Shown: positions 44,511 through 53,823 of the stretch, piece by piece | How positions within the stretch are numbered: position 1 is the stretch's first letter | How the letters are laid out: every line of letters starts with the position of its first letter | Assembly (NCBI GenBank): GCA_016186705.1 | Contig: JACPLB010000007.1 | Location: 1 to 56,879, forward strand | Direction of reading: 5' to 3' | DNA: 56,879 nucleotides | DNA from: Candidatus Kaiserbacteria bacterium | Lineage (GTDB): Bacteria; Patescibacteriota; Minisyncoccia; Phycocordibacterales; JABMNX01 | Notes under the pieces: model-generated | Seen by the model: the letters and a program-made list of their open reading frames with translations, nothing else | The model's database searches: none | What the model was told of the DNA's origin: nothing | Program-made: the position numbers and the translations under genes

Positions 44511-45629
44511 TTATACAGCTACTGTACTGAACATAATAACCCGAAAAAGCTCGCTTACATGCTTTTCCCATGAAAATAATTTTGCTCGAACAGTGCCTTT
44601 TCTGATTAATTCATTTCGCACGCGCTTGTTAAAGACAAGTGTCGTCATTGCGTCCTTAATTTCAGCCACATTCTCGGGATCAACAATAAAAGCTGCATCA
44701 CCGGCAACCTCGTCCATTGGCGAACGATTTGAAGTAATGACGGGAATCCCGAAATCCATTGCTTCAAGAATCGGCATGCCAAACCCTTCCTGAAGACTGC
44801 AGAACACGAGTCCTTGTGCGTTTTTATACAGTTGATACAAGTCACTGTCACTGACAAATCCAGTGAAAACCACGTCTTTAGAGAGGTCTGCTTCGGTTAT
44901 TTTTGTTACGATGTTTTTGTAATAAGTGCCTCCGTACAAACCGACGATAAAAAGCTTGTTTACTGCCCGGGAATTCTCTTTCCTGAATTGAATGAACCCG
45001 TCTGTGATATTATGGACGTTTTTTTTATACTTGACTCTGCCTACAAATAAAAAGTGATTTCGTTGATTCTTGAATTGTGAACTCATCCCTTTGTCTTCTC
45101 TGAATTTTTGAAAACCTATATAAATTGTCGAGACTTTTTCATTATATAAATGAAAGTGGTCAATGAGTTTCTTTCGGACTCCTGTTGATGCAGTAACGAT
45201 ATGAGTCGCCCGCTTTACCGCCTGTTTCTCAAACAATCTATAAACATGACTCACGAGCGGTCGTATTGAAATCCGTATTCCCTGTTTTTTATACGCAGAC
45301 AGTTCATAAAAAATCGGTATAGTCTTAATTGAGCGCGGTAACACCATTGGTAATAAAGGCATGTTGAAGAGTAGCACGTCAGGAATGTTCTTTCTGTGAA
45401 ACAGGAAAGCAAAGAAAAACCATGCGTTTTTCCCGAGGAACGATTTCGGAACGAGTACGTTTTTAAAATTCCCCTGAAATCTGCCCGAACGGATAGGCTT
45501 GTGCGTATAAAGAATGTAATCGTTTGTCTTGTCTATTTTTAATAAGCCGCTCGCCTGGCTCATTATGGCATATGAGATTCCTGAGGTATTTTCTTCTTCG
45601 TATGGCTCTATAATGATTCCTATTTTCAT
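44511..45629 (-). CDS. GT4 family glycosyltransferase
   Basis: C-terminal SLQEGFGMPILEAMDFGIPVITSN and FVGRVKYKKN. Confidence 0.85.
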   Translation of the reverse strand: MKIGIIIEPYEEENTSGISYAIMSQASGLLKIDKTNDYILYTHKPIRSGRFQGNFKNVLVPKSFLGKNAWFFFAFLFHRKNIPDVLLFNMPLLPMVLPRSIKTIPIFYELSAYKKQGIRISIRPLVSHVYRLFEKQAVKRATHIVTASTGVRKKLIDHFHLYNEKVSTIYIGFQKFREDKGMSSQFKNQRNHFLFVGRVKYKKNVHNITDGFIQFRKENSRAVNKLFIVGLYGGTYYKNIVTKITEADLSKDVVFTGFVSDSDLYQLYKNAQGLVFCSLQEGFGMPILEAMDFGIPVITSNRSPMDEVAGDAAFIVDPENVAEIKDAMTTLVFNKRVRNELIRKGTVRAKLFSWEKHVSELFRVIMFSTVAV

Positions 45630-45685
45630 AACTGTTACGAGTAGCCGGAGAAGTCAGTATAACAAGGCAGGAGTTTCTCTTCTAC

Positions 45686-46318
45686 TTATTTTTGTTCCTT
45701 GAAGTTTAAAGAAAGCACAAAAAAGTGGTGATATTGATTTTCAAATGGTATAAACTCCTGTTCAATTGAGAAATATTTTTTGATGACTGAACGAATATGA
45801 GAAACGGAGAACCCCCGCTTCCCGATTTCCCAATAATGCTCTCCGTTAAAAATGTGCTTCTTGGGAAATGGGATTTTAAACGCCAGTCGAATCTCCGGCA
45901 AAAACGGAACTTTCATCGAAAATTTCACTGGCGGACCGAAGTGCGGAAGAGAAATAACGACTGCTTTTCGCGCCACGCGGGCAAGTTCGGAAAGCGCCGT
46001 CTCAAACCTTTCAAACGGGATGTGCTCAAGTACCTCAAACGCCACAACGACATCAACACTTTTGTCCGGAAGCGGTATCTTCTCCACGGTGCCGACTATA
46101 TCGGGACTAAGGTCGGCTGCGATATCTAGGTTGGTGTATGTAATGTCAGTATTGTTTTTGAGGTAGCGTTTGAATACGCCGTCTCCCGTTCCAATCTCAA
46201 GCACTGATGAAGGTCTGAGTTTAATCACTTCACGCAGTTGATAATAATAGCTCGCCCAGCGGTCAGGGTAGCAGTATGGCAGGAATTCGTATGCGTCTTT
46301 GTTTACCTGTTTTGTCAT
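45686..46318 (-). CDS. Class I SAM-dependent methyltransferase
   Basis: VLEIGTGDGVF and VDVVVAFEVLEHIP. Confidence 0.75.
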   Translation of the reverse strand: MTKQVNKDAYEFLPYCYPDRWASYYYQLREVIKLRPSSVLEIGTGDGVFKRYLKNNTDITYTNLDIAADLSPDIVGTVEKIPLPDKSVDVVVAFEVLEHIPFERFETALSELARVARKAVVISLPHFGPPVKFSMKVPFLPEIRLAFKIPFPKKHIFNGEHYWEIGKRGFSVSHIRSVIKKYFSIEQEFIPFENQYHHFFVLSLNFKEQK

Positions 46319-47208
46319 TTGAGCCCGTTAATAATAGCCGGAACGAGGTGCTTGAGCGAATGGTGCTGGAATATTCCCGCAGAACCCTCTGATTTCAGCG
46401 CATCTAAGGCTAGGTTGTTCGTTTTAACAGGACACCCGCAGGCAAGTGCTTCTAAAAAAACTTTATCGGCACTGCCTGTTTCACTCGTGTGTCGAAATAA
46501 AAGGGCACGGCGAAATAAATCGGGCATTTTCGTATGCCCCACCCCTCCCAAAAAAATGACCTTGACGTCTAGCTGACGCGCTAGTGTCTCAAGAGCGGGG
46601 CGTTCAGGACCCTCGCCTGCAATACGAAGTTCTCTACCGGCGTCTTTGGCTTCGCGTATGGCGATATCATGACGTTTGCTTTTATTCAGTCGGCCTGCAG
46701 AAAGCCACCAATCTTCTCGGACTACCGATGGGTCAGGTCTGAAAAGATCCGTATCAATTCCATGCCCGACAATTCTGAGTTTTGAAGTCTTCAATCGGAA
46801 ACTCTCTTTTGACGCGGTAAATATAGTGTGCGCAAGGATGACCGATAAGCGCAACTTTAGGTCAACGCTTTTATGTGTATACCAGAGTGAAATAGTCTTC
46901 CCCCAGAGTTTCCATAGAAATCCTCCAAGGACCACGTACTCGGGGTTCATATGGACAAACACGGCATCGTATTCCTTACGGAGAGTAAAAAGTAGAAAGT
47001 AGAGAGTAGAGAGTCTCTTTAATCTAGGTATTCCCCTTTCCTTGCCAAGCGAATAGACGGAGACGTCCGGCAAACGATACTCCCCCTTTTCAAGACATAT
47101 AACGGTAACTGACTTGCAGTATTTGGAAAATTCCTCAACCCACCGGTGAAAAAAACCGAGAGTCGGGTCGTTCCTGTCGATTTTTTGGGTAAGAATAAGT
47201 AGCTTCAC
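46315..47208 (-). CDS. Short GT-B glycosyltransferase (GT4/GT1-like)
   Basis: MKLLILTQKIDRNDPTLGFFHRWVEEF.., and C-terminal SETGSADKVFLEALACGCPV. 297 aa. Confidence 0.65.
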   Translation of the reverse strand: MKLLILTQKIDRNDPTLGFFHRWVEEFSKYCKSVTVICLEKGEYRLPDVSVYSLGKERGIPRLKRLSTLYFLLFTLRKEYDAVFVHMNPEYVVLGGFLWKLWGKTISLWYTHKSVDLKLRLSVILAHTIFTASKESFRLKTSKLRIVGHGIDTDLFRPDPSVVREDWWLSAGRLNKSKRHDIAIREAKDAGRELRIAGEGPERPALETLARQLDVKVIFLGGVGHTKMPDLFRRALLFRHTSETGSADKVFLEALACGCPVKTNNLALDALKSEGSAGIFQHHSLKHLVPAIINGLK

Positions 47209-47211
47209 GAA

Positions 47212-48192
47212 TTATGCGGGGTCCTTGAGAGATAAAAGCCAATCTTTTTCTTTCAAAAACCAATCAACAAAAATTCCTATTCCAACGCTGATGTCAGTCT
47301 TTGGCTCAAAACCAAGCTCTTTTCGCGCTTTTGATATGTCGGCAACAGCTTCTTTGACATCACCAGGCTGCATCGGGAGGTAATTAATCACAGCCTTTAC
47401 ATCGAGTTTCTTTTCAATTAACGAAACGAAATCTTTTAAAGATATCGGGTCTGCACCACCAAGGTTAAATATCTCAACTGTGTATGTATTGTTATCAAGA
47501 AGAGCAATGATGCCGGAGATAACATCGTCTATGTAGGTAAAGCTGCGCTTCATATCGCCATTGTTATACACGTCGATTGGATTCCCTTTCAGCATTGCTT
47601 TGGTAAATTTGAAAAGTGCCAAATCCGGTCGGCCATATATCCCGTACACGGTGAAAAATCTTAACCCAATCGACTCAATGCCATAGAGAGCATGGTATGA
47701 ATACGCAAGCACCTCATTTGCTTTTTTTGAAGCGGCGTAAATTGAAATGGGACGGTCGGTCCTGTCGCTTTCAGAAAAGGGTAGTTTTTCGTTGTCGCCA
47801 TACACCGAACTTGATGATGCGTAAATAACCTTTGAAATCCGAGCGTGGCGCACACTCTCAAATACATTGAGTGTACCGAGGTAGTTTGCATCAACATATG
47901 CCCATGGATTCGTGAGGGAATAACGCACTCCTGCCTGTGCCGCTAAATGCACAATAACATCCGGTTTTTCTTTCGTGACAATTCCATGGTACGAATCGTA
48001 ATCGGCAATAGACGCAAGGTAAAAAGTATACGTGTCGTACTTCGAGAGAATCGCGTTTCTGCGCTTTTTCATCTCGGTATCGTAATAGTCGGTAAGACAG
48101 TCAACTCCAATGACCTGCTCGCCGCGCTTAAGGAGCACTCGCGAGAGATGAAAGCCAATAAAGCCCGCCGAACCAGTGATAAGTATTTTCAT
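47212..48192 (-). CDS. NAD-dependent nucleotide-sugar epimerase (UDP-glucuronate 4-epimerase-like SDR)
   Basis: MKILITGSAGFIGFHL, the YAASKKANE catalytic YxxxK, and overall GalE/Cap1J-like layout. Confidence 0.8.
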   Translation of the reverse strand: MKILITGSAGFIGFHLSRVLLKRGEQVIGVDCLTDYYDTEMKKRRNAILSKYDTYTFYLASIADYDSYHGIVTKEKPDVIVHLAAQAGVRYSLTNPWAYVDANYLGTLNVFESVRHARISKVIYASSSSVYGDNEKLPFSESDRTDRPISIYAASKKANEVLAYSYHALYGIESIGLRFFTVYGIYGRPDLALFKFTKAMLKGNPIDVYNNGDMKRSFTYIDDVISGIIALLDNNTYTVEIFNLGGADPISLKDFVSLIEKKLDVKAVINYLPMQPGDVKEAVADISKARKELGFEPKTDISVGIGIFVDWFLKEKDWLLSLKDPA

Positions 48193-48267
48193 AGAATATA
48201 TTTTCCAATGATACCAGAGTCAGACAAAGAAAGTTACCAACCCCTTAATTGCATAAAGGTTGGTCTG

Positions 48268-49209
48268 TTAGAGTAAGGATTCTTTCCATTTCCTTCCCCA
48301 CTCTTCGGCGCTAGGAAGGGTGAGTTTCAGTTCACCACGCACCCTAGACTTGAGTACTTCCACCACTTTTTCTCCTAGACGGTCTCGATCAACAACAAAG
48401 GCTCCTGCCTCTCGTGCAATACCCACATCAGGGGCGACAACTGGCACACCAGCCGCAAGAGCTTCGACGATGCTTGCGCCCCAACTCTCATGGAGCGAAG
48501 TGCAGAGCACGACATCTGCTCTGGCAAGATAGTACATGGGATCTTGCCAGTCTTTAACTTTAAAGCTGAGGTTTTTCTTTCCACGGACCGACTGCACTTG
48601 CAACCGATTTAAACGGTCATGCAAACTCCCGGCACCGAGTATCACCAACCCTGCGTCAATGCCTGCTTCATTAACTTTTTTCCATACAGACACAGCTTCT
48701 TCAGGGTCTTTTTCTGGCTCGAATCGACCTATCCAGAGAATTGTTTTTTGCGTTTGAGCATCGTGCACAGGAGTAATGCTACGGAACCGCTCAAGTTCGA
48801 TGAATACTGGCAATACTGCGATTGGCGCGCAGACACCAATCCTCTCCACCTGCTCTTTCAACTTGTGTGATACAACACGAACAGAATCTGCATGTCGTAA
48901 TATCTTTTTCCCCAATATGCGCCGCAGTGTATTGCCCGCGGTCTCCGCTTCAAAATCAGAATGCACTTGGATGTTTAATTTTGCGCCCCGCAATCGAGCA
49001 ATGATCCACCCAAAGAGCCCGCGCCAGAATGGGTCTTGTACTGTGACAACATCAAAGTGCCCTTTCGGTACCGAAGGCCATAGACTCCCATGTCCCCAAA
49101 AAACGAGAACGAGCTCATTCACCTGTCTCTTTTGAAGCTCAAGTCGGGCATGCGCTTCCGTGCCGGAAATGAAAAGATTCTTATCGCCTGTAACCATTAA
49201 AACTCTCAT
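48268..49209 (-). CDS. Short GT-B glycosyltransferase (GT4-like)
   Basis: WIGRFEPEKDP and SLHESWGASIVEALAAGVPVVAPD. Confidence 0.7.
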   Translation of the reverse strand: MRVLMVTGDKNLFISGTEAHARLELQKRQVNELVLVFWGHGSLWPSVPKGHFDVVTVQDPFWRGLFGWIIARLRGAKLNIQVHSDFEAETAGNTLRRILGKKILRHADSVRVVSHKLKEQVERIGVCAPIAVLPVFIELERFRSITPVHDAQTQKTILWIGRFEPEKDPEEAVSVWKKVNEAGIDAGLVILGAGSLHDRLNRLQVQSVRGKKNLSFKVKDWQDPMYYLARADVVLCTSLHESWGASIVEALAAGVPVVAPDVGIAREAGAFVVDRDRLGEKVVEVLKSRVRGELKLTLPSAEEWGRKWKESLL

Positions 49210-49994
49210 ACGTGAGTACGAATGAGCGAAAAGAGTCCAGATGAATGGGTGAGTTTTCCTTTAAACTCAAGTAAGCCGGTATCACGATTAATGGTATTTC
49301 TCGGTAGCGTGTAACGGTCAGAGTCTGAAGAGACGAGACCTTCTGTAACGCTTACCCCCGCAATGAAACCCAGCCGTCGAACTACCGCGGCCGAGACGGC
49401 AGTATACGCCCCGCGAGGGTATGCGAATGTTGCGCACGTTTTCTTAAGGCGCCTCTCCAATTCCGCACGTGACTCGTTGACTTCTTTTTCTACCTCCTCT
49501 TCAGAGAGCGTTGGGAATTCGCGGTGCGAACGCGAGTGCGGTTCAACATCGGCGGATAATGAACGTTCAAGAATTTGAATATTGTTCCAATCCAAGACGG
49601 TCTGGGGTTTGTATTCCGAATTATCGATTTCTTTCCCCACATAGTCTGTCGCGACAAAAAACGTCCCGTGGAAGCCATACCTTTCAAGTGTGGGAAGAAC
49701 CACGGATAGATGTGAGACATAGCCGTCGTCAAATGTAAGGATGATTGTTTTTGGAGGAATAACCTCCCCTCTAGAGAGTATCTCCCCCAAACGCTTGAGA
49801 CTGATGATTGTGTAGCGCTTTTTAGAGAGAAAGCGCATCTGTGCCTCAAATTGTTCCAAAGAAACGGTGAGGTAGAGGTCACTGTCCCCAATATCATGAT
49901 ACAGCAAAATAACTGCTCGTCTTTTAGGCAAAAACTTACTCGTCATATTGAGTAGTATGTAGAGAAATGACTTGACGATTCGTTTCATATTCAA
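49206..49994 (-). CDS. Polysaccharide deacetylase (CE4, NodB homology domain)
   Basis: ILTFDDGYVSHLSVVLPTLERYGFHGTFFV, plus downstream His motifs (EPHSRSH). Confidence 0.85.
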   Translation of the reverse strand: MNMKRIVKSFLYILLNMTSKFLPKRRAVILLYHDIGDSDLYLTVSLEQFEAQMRFLSKKRYTIISLKRLGEILSRGEVIPPKTIILTFDDGYVSHLSVVLPTLERYGFHGTFFVATDYVGKEIDNSEYKPQTVLDWNNIQILERSLSADVEPHSRSHREFPTLSEEEVEKEVNESRAELERRLKKTCATFAYPRGAYTAVSAAVVRRLGFIAGVSVTEGLVSSDSDRYTLPRNTINRDTGLLEFKGKLTHSSGLFSLIRTHV

Positions 49995-50020
49995 TATTGG
50001 TTATATCTCTGATTGGATAA

Positions 50021-51127
50021 TTACCTTAATTCACTGGCAATTTGATCAAGAATGCGCCCTTTATCAAAAAGCTTCAGCCGCTCCGTAGCACCTGATACTA
50101 TTTTTTTGCAAAAGATCTTGTCGTCTATAACTTTCCTGACAGCTTCGACAAGCGCTTTTTTATTATTATATTCAACGAGCATTCCACTTTTATTATGCTC
50201 TATTATTTCAGGATTGCCTCCGGCGACTGTCGTCACCACAGGTACGCCAAGAGACATTGCTTCAAGTATTTGGTGCGAGAAGGTTTCATGCAGGGCATTA
50301 AGCACAAACACGTCTGATGCTTGAATGTATCCGAACAATACATCTTGTTTTAATGCCCCAGTTAAGACAACTGCATCTCCGAGCTTTAATGTGCCTATTT
50401 TTTTCTCTAAACGCATTCGGTCGGGTCCGTCTCCCACAATGAGGAGCTTTACACGCGGGTATGAACGCTTGAGGACAGGGATAACGTCTATCAAAGTGTC
50501 GAATCCTTTGAGAGGTATGAGACGGCCGGCGCTTATCAGAAGAATGCCGTCAAAATGGAGCAATCCGCGGAGCGTCTTTTTATCTTTCAATAACGGAGAC
50601 GGTTCAGACGCATTGTGAATGACTCGTATCTTTCTTTTTTGTATCCCCCATTGAAAGATAACCTGCTTGATATAGCTGCTCGGGACAATTATTTTTTCGG
50701 CACGTTTCGCTATTTCTGTTTGTATTTCCTTATATATGCGGATTTTAAAAGGATACTCTTTATATTTCTGTGAAAAAGAGAGTGGGGATTCGGTAATACG
50801 ATGTGTATATGAAGCCTGTTCCCACGCGTAATCTCCGGCGATACGGACAAAAAAGCGCTTCTTCAGAAAAAAAGAGGCAAGCGCCGCTGGAAGACCGACA
50901 CTCACCGGATCAAGGGCGTAAATAATATCGGCGTCTTTCCCTTTCCGTAAAACTTTAAAAAAATAAACGGCGTGACTAATAATCTTGGGGAGGTGCTTGA
51001 CTTCGCCAAAGCTTACAACTTCAATGTTATATCCGCGTTGTGGAAGCTCAAGAGCGAGCAGCGTGCTGTATGTTGCGGGACCCCCGATGTCCGGCGGATA
51101 GAGCGGTGTGGCAAGTAAGATTTTCAT
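50021..51127 (-). CDS. GT4 family glycosyltransferase
   Basis: MKILLATPLYPPDIGGPATY, SAGRLIPLKGFD, and ALHETFSHQILEAMSLGVPVVTT. Confidence 0.85.
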   Translation of the reverse strand: MKILLATPLYPPDIGGPATYSTLLALELPQRGYNIEVVSFGEVKHLPKIISHAVYFFKVLRKGKDADIIYALDPVSVGLPAALASFFLKKRFFVRIAGDYAWEQASYTHRITESPLSFSQKYKEYPFKIRIYKEIQTEIAKRAEKIIVPSSYIKQVIFQWGIQKRKIRVIHNASEPSPLLKDKKTLRGLLHFDGILLISAGRLIPLKGFDTLIDVIPVLKRSYPRVKLLIVGDGPDRMRLEKKIGTLKLGDAVVLTGALKQDVLFGYIQASDVFVLNALHETFSHQILEAMSLGVPVVTTVAGGNPEIIEHNKSGMLVEYNNKKALVEAVRKVIDDKIFCKKIVSGATERLKLFDKGRILDQIASELR

Positions 51128-52359
51128 GCGTTAATTTTTTTACTGTCAGTCAGGAGCGGATCGAAAAACCGCTTCCGCATTATCGGCGCAATTGTTTTCC
51201 AATCATACCGCGCCTCTACAAGCGCTTTCGCATTATCGGTTATCTCACGCCGCAATACAACATCGCTCTCGTAACGAAACACTTGCTTCGCGATTCCTTC
51301 CGAGTCTTCGGGGTGGACGGCAAGTCCGGTCGGTTTCACGTCGGAATTATTTTCCGGGTCAAACAAAAAATCAGAGATGCCGCCCTCTTGGGTCGCTATA
51401 ACCGGCACGCCCGCCGCCATCGCTTCCACAAAAGAGATGCCCATTCCTTCGGAGCGTGAAGGTCTGATAAAGATATCCGATGCCTTAAGATATTTCGGTA
51501 TATCTTGCTGTTGAACCTCCCCCAGGAAACGAACTCGGTTCATAACTCCTCTCTCCTCTGCAATCCTCTTTAGGGCGGTTTCTTCAGAACCACTACCGAG
51601 AATAAGAAAATGGACACGCTGTGGAAGGTGTACGAGCGCTTCAATGACGGTGTCTATGCTATTTTTCTTGACGAGACGCGACGTCGTGATGAGAAAAATA
51701 GTGTTTGTCTTTTTATTAAGCGTCTGTTTGAGCAGTTCAAGCTCGCGGCGCGGGTATTCTTTTGAGAATTTTTGAATATCAACCCCATTCGGGATAACCA
51801 ATGGTTTCCCGCGAAAGCCCATCGTAATCCCCCACTTAGCAAGGTATGTTGAAATTACCTGGAGACAATCTGCTTTCCTGAAGGCTCGAAGAAACAACGG
51901 GTATACCGGGAGCATTGTTTTTTTAATATGCCCTATGGAATCGCCTTCTTGGAGCGTCAATCCGTACGGAATATGCGGTTTGAGCGTCTTGAATATTGCC
52001 GCAGGCACGCCGGCGCTATGAGCCATTATCGCCCATATCGCCCCATAGCGGTATTTCTTATGAAGCCGAAGAGCGTAGACTGCCGCGGCACATTGATAAT
52101 ATGCTTTATTCAAGTGGAGCGGAAAGCGCTTTAAGTCGCTGATTGAGGGACGGTGGCGGGTAAAACCGATACGATGAATGAGTACGTTTCCAACGCGCTC
52201 AACCGGGGAGAGTGTTGAGTCATACCGAAGCGTTATCATATGGAATTCAATGTCGCGCGGCGAAATGCGGTCGGTAATTTCTTTTATTGCGACTTCAGCG
52301 CCCCCGACAAACGGATGGTACGCCATTGAAAAGATGAGTATTTTTTTCTTCTCTTTCAT
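51124..52359 (-). CDS. GT4 family glycosyltransferase
   Basis: ILIFSMAYHPFVGGAEV, TSRLVKKNSID, and PSRSEGMGISFVEAMAAGVPVIAT. ATG 52359 (MKEKKK) is preferred to the tracked 52392. Confidence 0.85.
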   Translation of the reverse strand: MKEKKKILIFSMAYHPFVGGAEVAIKEITDRISPRDIEFHMITLRYDSTLSPVERVGNVLIHRIGFTRHRPSISDLKRFPLHLNKAYYQCAAAVYALRLHKKYRYGAIWAIMAHSAGVPAAIFKTLKPHIPYGLTLQEGDSIGHIKKTMLPVYPLFLRAFRKADCLQVISTYLAKWGITMGFRGKPLVIPNGVDIQKFSKEYPRRELELLKQTLNKKTNTIFLITTSRLVKKNSIDTVIEALVHLPQRVHFLILGSGSEETALKRIAEERGVMNRVRFLGEVQQQDIPKYLKASDIFIRPSRSEGMGISFVEAMAAGVPVIATQEGGISDFLFDPENNSDVKPTGLAVHPEDSEGIAKQVFRYESDVVLRREITDNAKALVEARYDWKTIAPIMRKRFFDPLLTDSKKINA

Positions 52360-52404
52360 GTAGAAATAGTGAGAAACGGGGAAATTATACAATAAAAATG
52401 AGAA

Positions 52405-53817
52405 TTAATCAATAATCGTGATGTCCTCGCGGGACTGATAACGTAAAAATAATGCACCGGCAGAGCCGAGAACAATCATTCCCGCGAGCGCAAAAATCCA
52501 CAAAACCATGCCGGAGTTCCTCTCTTCATTGCGCTCGACTGAAGCGAGAACTGCTCCAATCTGCTGAGTGCCCTTAAAACTATCTGTGTTTTCATTGCTA
52601 ATATTCTCAAGAGAATCTGGAGAAACAATGGGAACAGACATGCCGACAATTGACCGTTGTGAAGATGGGATATTGGAAATCGGTTTATTCTCGAATTGCG
52701 GTTCTGATGATTGCAATAACAAGACGGGTATCCCATTGGGGTACTTTAAAACAAGGTCTTCTTTCTGTGCTGGGCGCAATCCGGTTATCGTTCCAGGGAG
52801 CTGTATTTCGTGCTCAGAGAGAATAAGAGTGTGTTCAGGAAGCATAAACGCCGCGGTGCCTGATTCGAGTATCCACCAGGAAAGGTTGAGTTCGTAATCG
52901 CCGTAATTCGCGAGCGTAATAACCTCAGACGTCGCCTCCGTAATCGCAATATCCGCCTCTCGTGCGGCAACCGTTACCCTGTCAATTGCTGTATATTCGC
53001 CGGATGAGACCTCGAGAGCGACAGTGTAGGTGCCGGGATAACGATAATGGTACAGTACCGATTGCCCTTCCTTCCTCCCTCCATCGCCAAAGCTCCATAC
53101 GAACCGAGCTCCCGTAAGCGGCTTTCCTTCCAAACCAACCGCTCTTCCTTTAAACTCCGTATCTGCGCCGACGGTTACCGTTCTATCGTCTCCCGCAAAC
53201 GAAAAAATCTGTGGCTCGACAGGAAAAGAATTCGCGGTTCCGGACGTAATTCCGGAATCATCTCCAGTAATTACGGCGTTATCGTCCGAGTCCTCCTCGG
53301 AGGTATTGAGCGTGCCTTCTCCGGGGGTTGGTGCGGCAGAAGACCATACCCCGTCAATCAATTGAAACGAGAGTCCGTTTTTCTTCGCACCAGCATTATC
53401 ACTATAGGAGACAGAATCAATGATTACTCCACTTTCGTCAATGAGCGTGAGTGTATCGCCCGTATCAGTAAGAGAGAATGACCCGTCAATGACCGTGCCG
53501 TTAAAACCTTGATGCGCGCTTAAAAAAGCGTCCGCTTCTTTTGCGACAATCGCGTATGCCCCAGAAGAAATGACGAGCGAACCTTGCCCTCCGTTTTTGG
53601 GAGGTTTCTCAAAAATATGATTGCTCCCGTCATTAAATCTCCATTCCGTGATATCAATGTCATTTTCTCCGTTGTTAAAAATCTCAAACCACTCGTGCGC
53701 GACTCCTTCTTCCGGCGCGTACATGATTTCTGAAAATATCAAACCTGCGTGTACGGAAAGCGGCACAAATGAAAACGCTGTTAAAAATAAAACCAATATG
53801 TAAAAGTTTCTCCCCAC
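52405..53817 (-). CDS. Surface protein with lamin-tail domain(s), a PKD-like domain and a C-terminal TM anchor
   Basis: Signal sequence FYILVLFLTAFSFVPLSVHA. LTD pattern FSEIMYAPEEGVAHEWFEIFNNGENDIDITEWRFNDGS. PKD-like WSFGDGGRKEGQSVLYHYRYPGTYTVAL. C-terminal TM VLWIFALAGMIVLGSAGALFL. Confidence 0.75.
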   Translation of the reverse strand: MGRNFYILVLFLTAFSFVPLSVHAGLIFSEIMYAPEEGVAHEWFEIFNNGENDIDITEWRFNDGSNHIFEKPPKNGGQGSLVISSGAYAIVAKEADAFLSAHQGFNGTVIDGSFSLTDTGDTLTLIDESGVIIDSVSYSDNAGAKKNGLSFQLIDGVWSSAAPTPGEGTLNTSEEDSDDNAVITGDDSGITSGTANSFPVEPQIFSFAGDDRTVTVGADTEFKGRAVGLEGKPLTGARFVWSFGDGGRKEGQSVLYHYRYPGTYTVALEVSSGEYTAIDRVTVAAREADIAITEATSEVITLANYGDYELNLSWWILESGTAAFMLPEHTLILSEHEIQLPGTITGLRPAQKEDLVLKYPNGIPVLLLQSSEPQFENKPISNIPSSQRSIVGMSVPIVSPDSLENISNENTDSFKGTQQIGAVLASVERNEERNSGMVLWIFALAGMIVLGSAGALFLRYQSREDITIID

Positions 53818-53823
53818 AATCCG

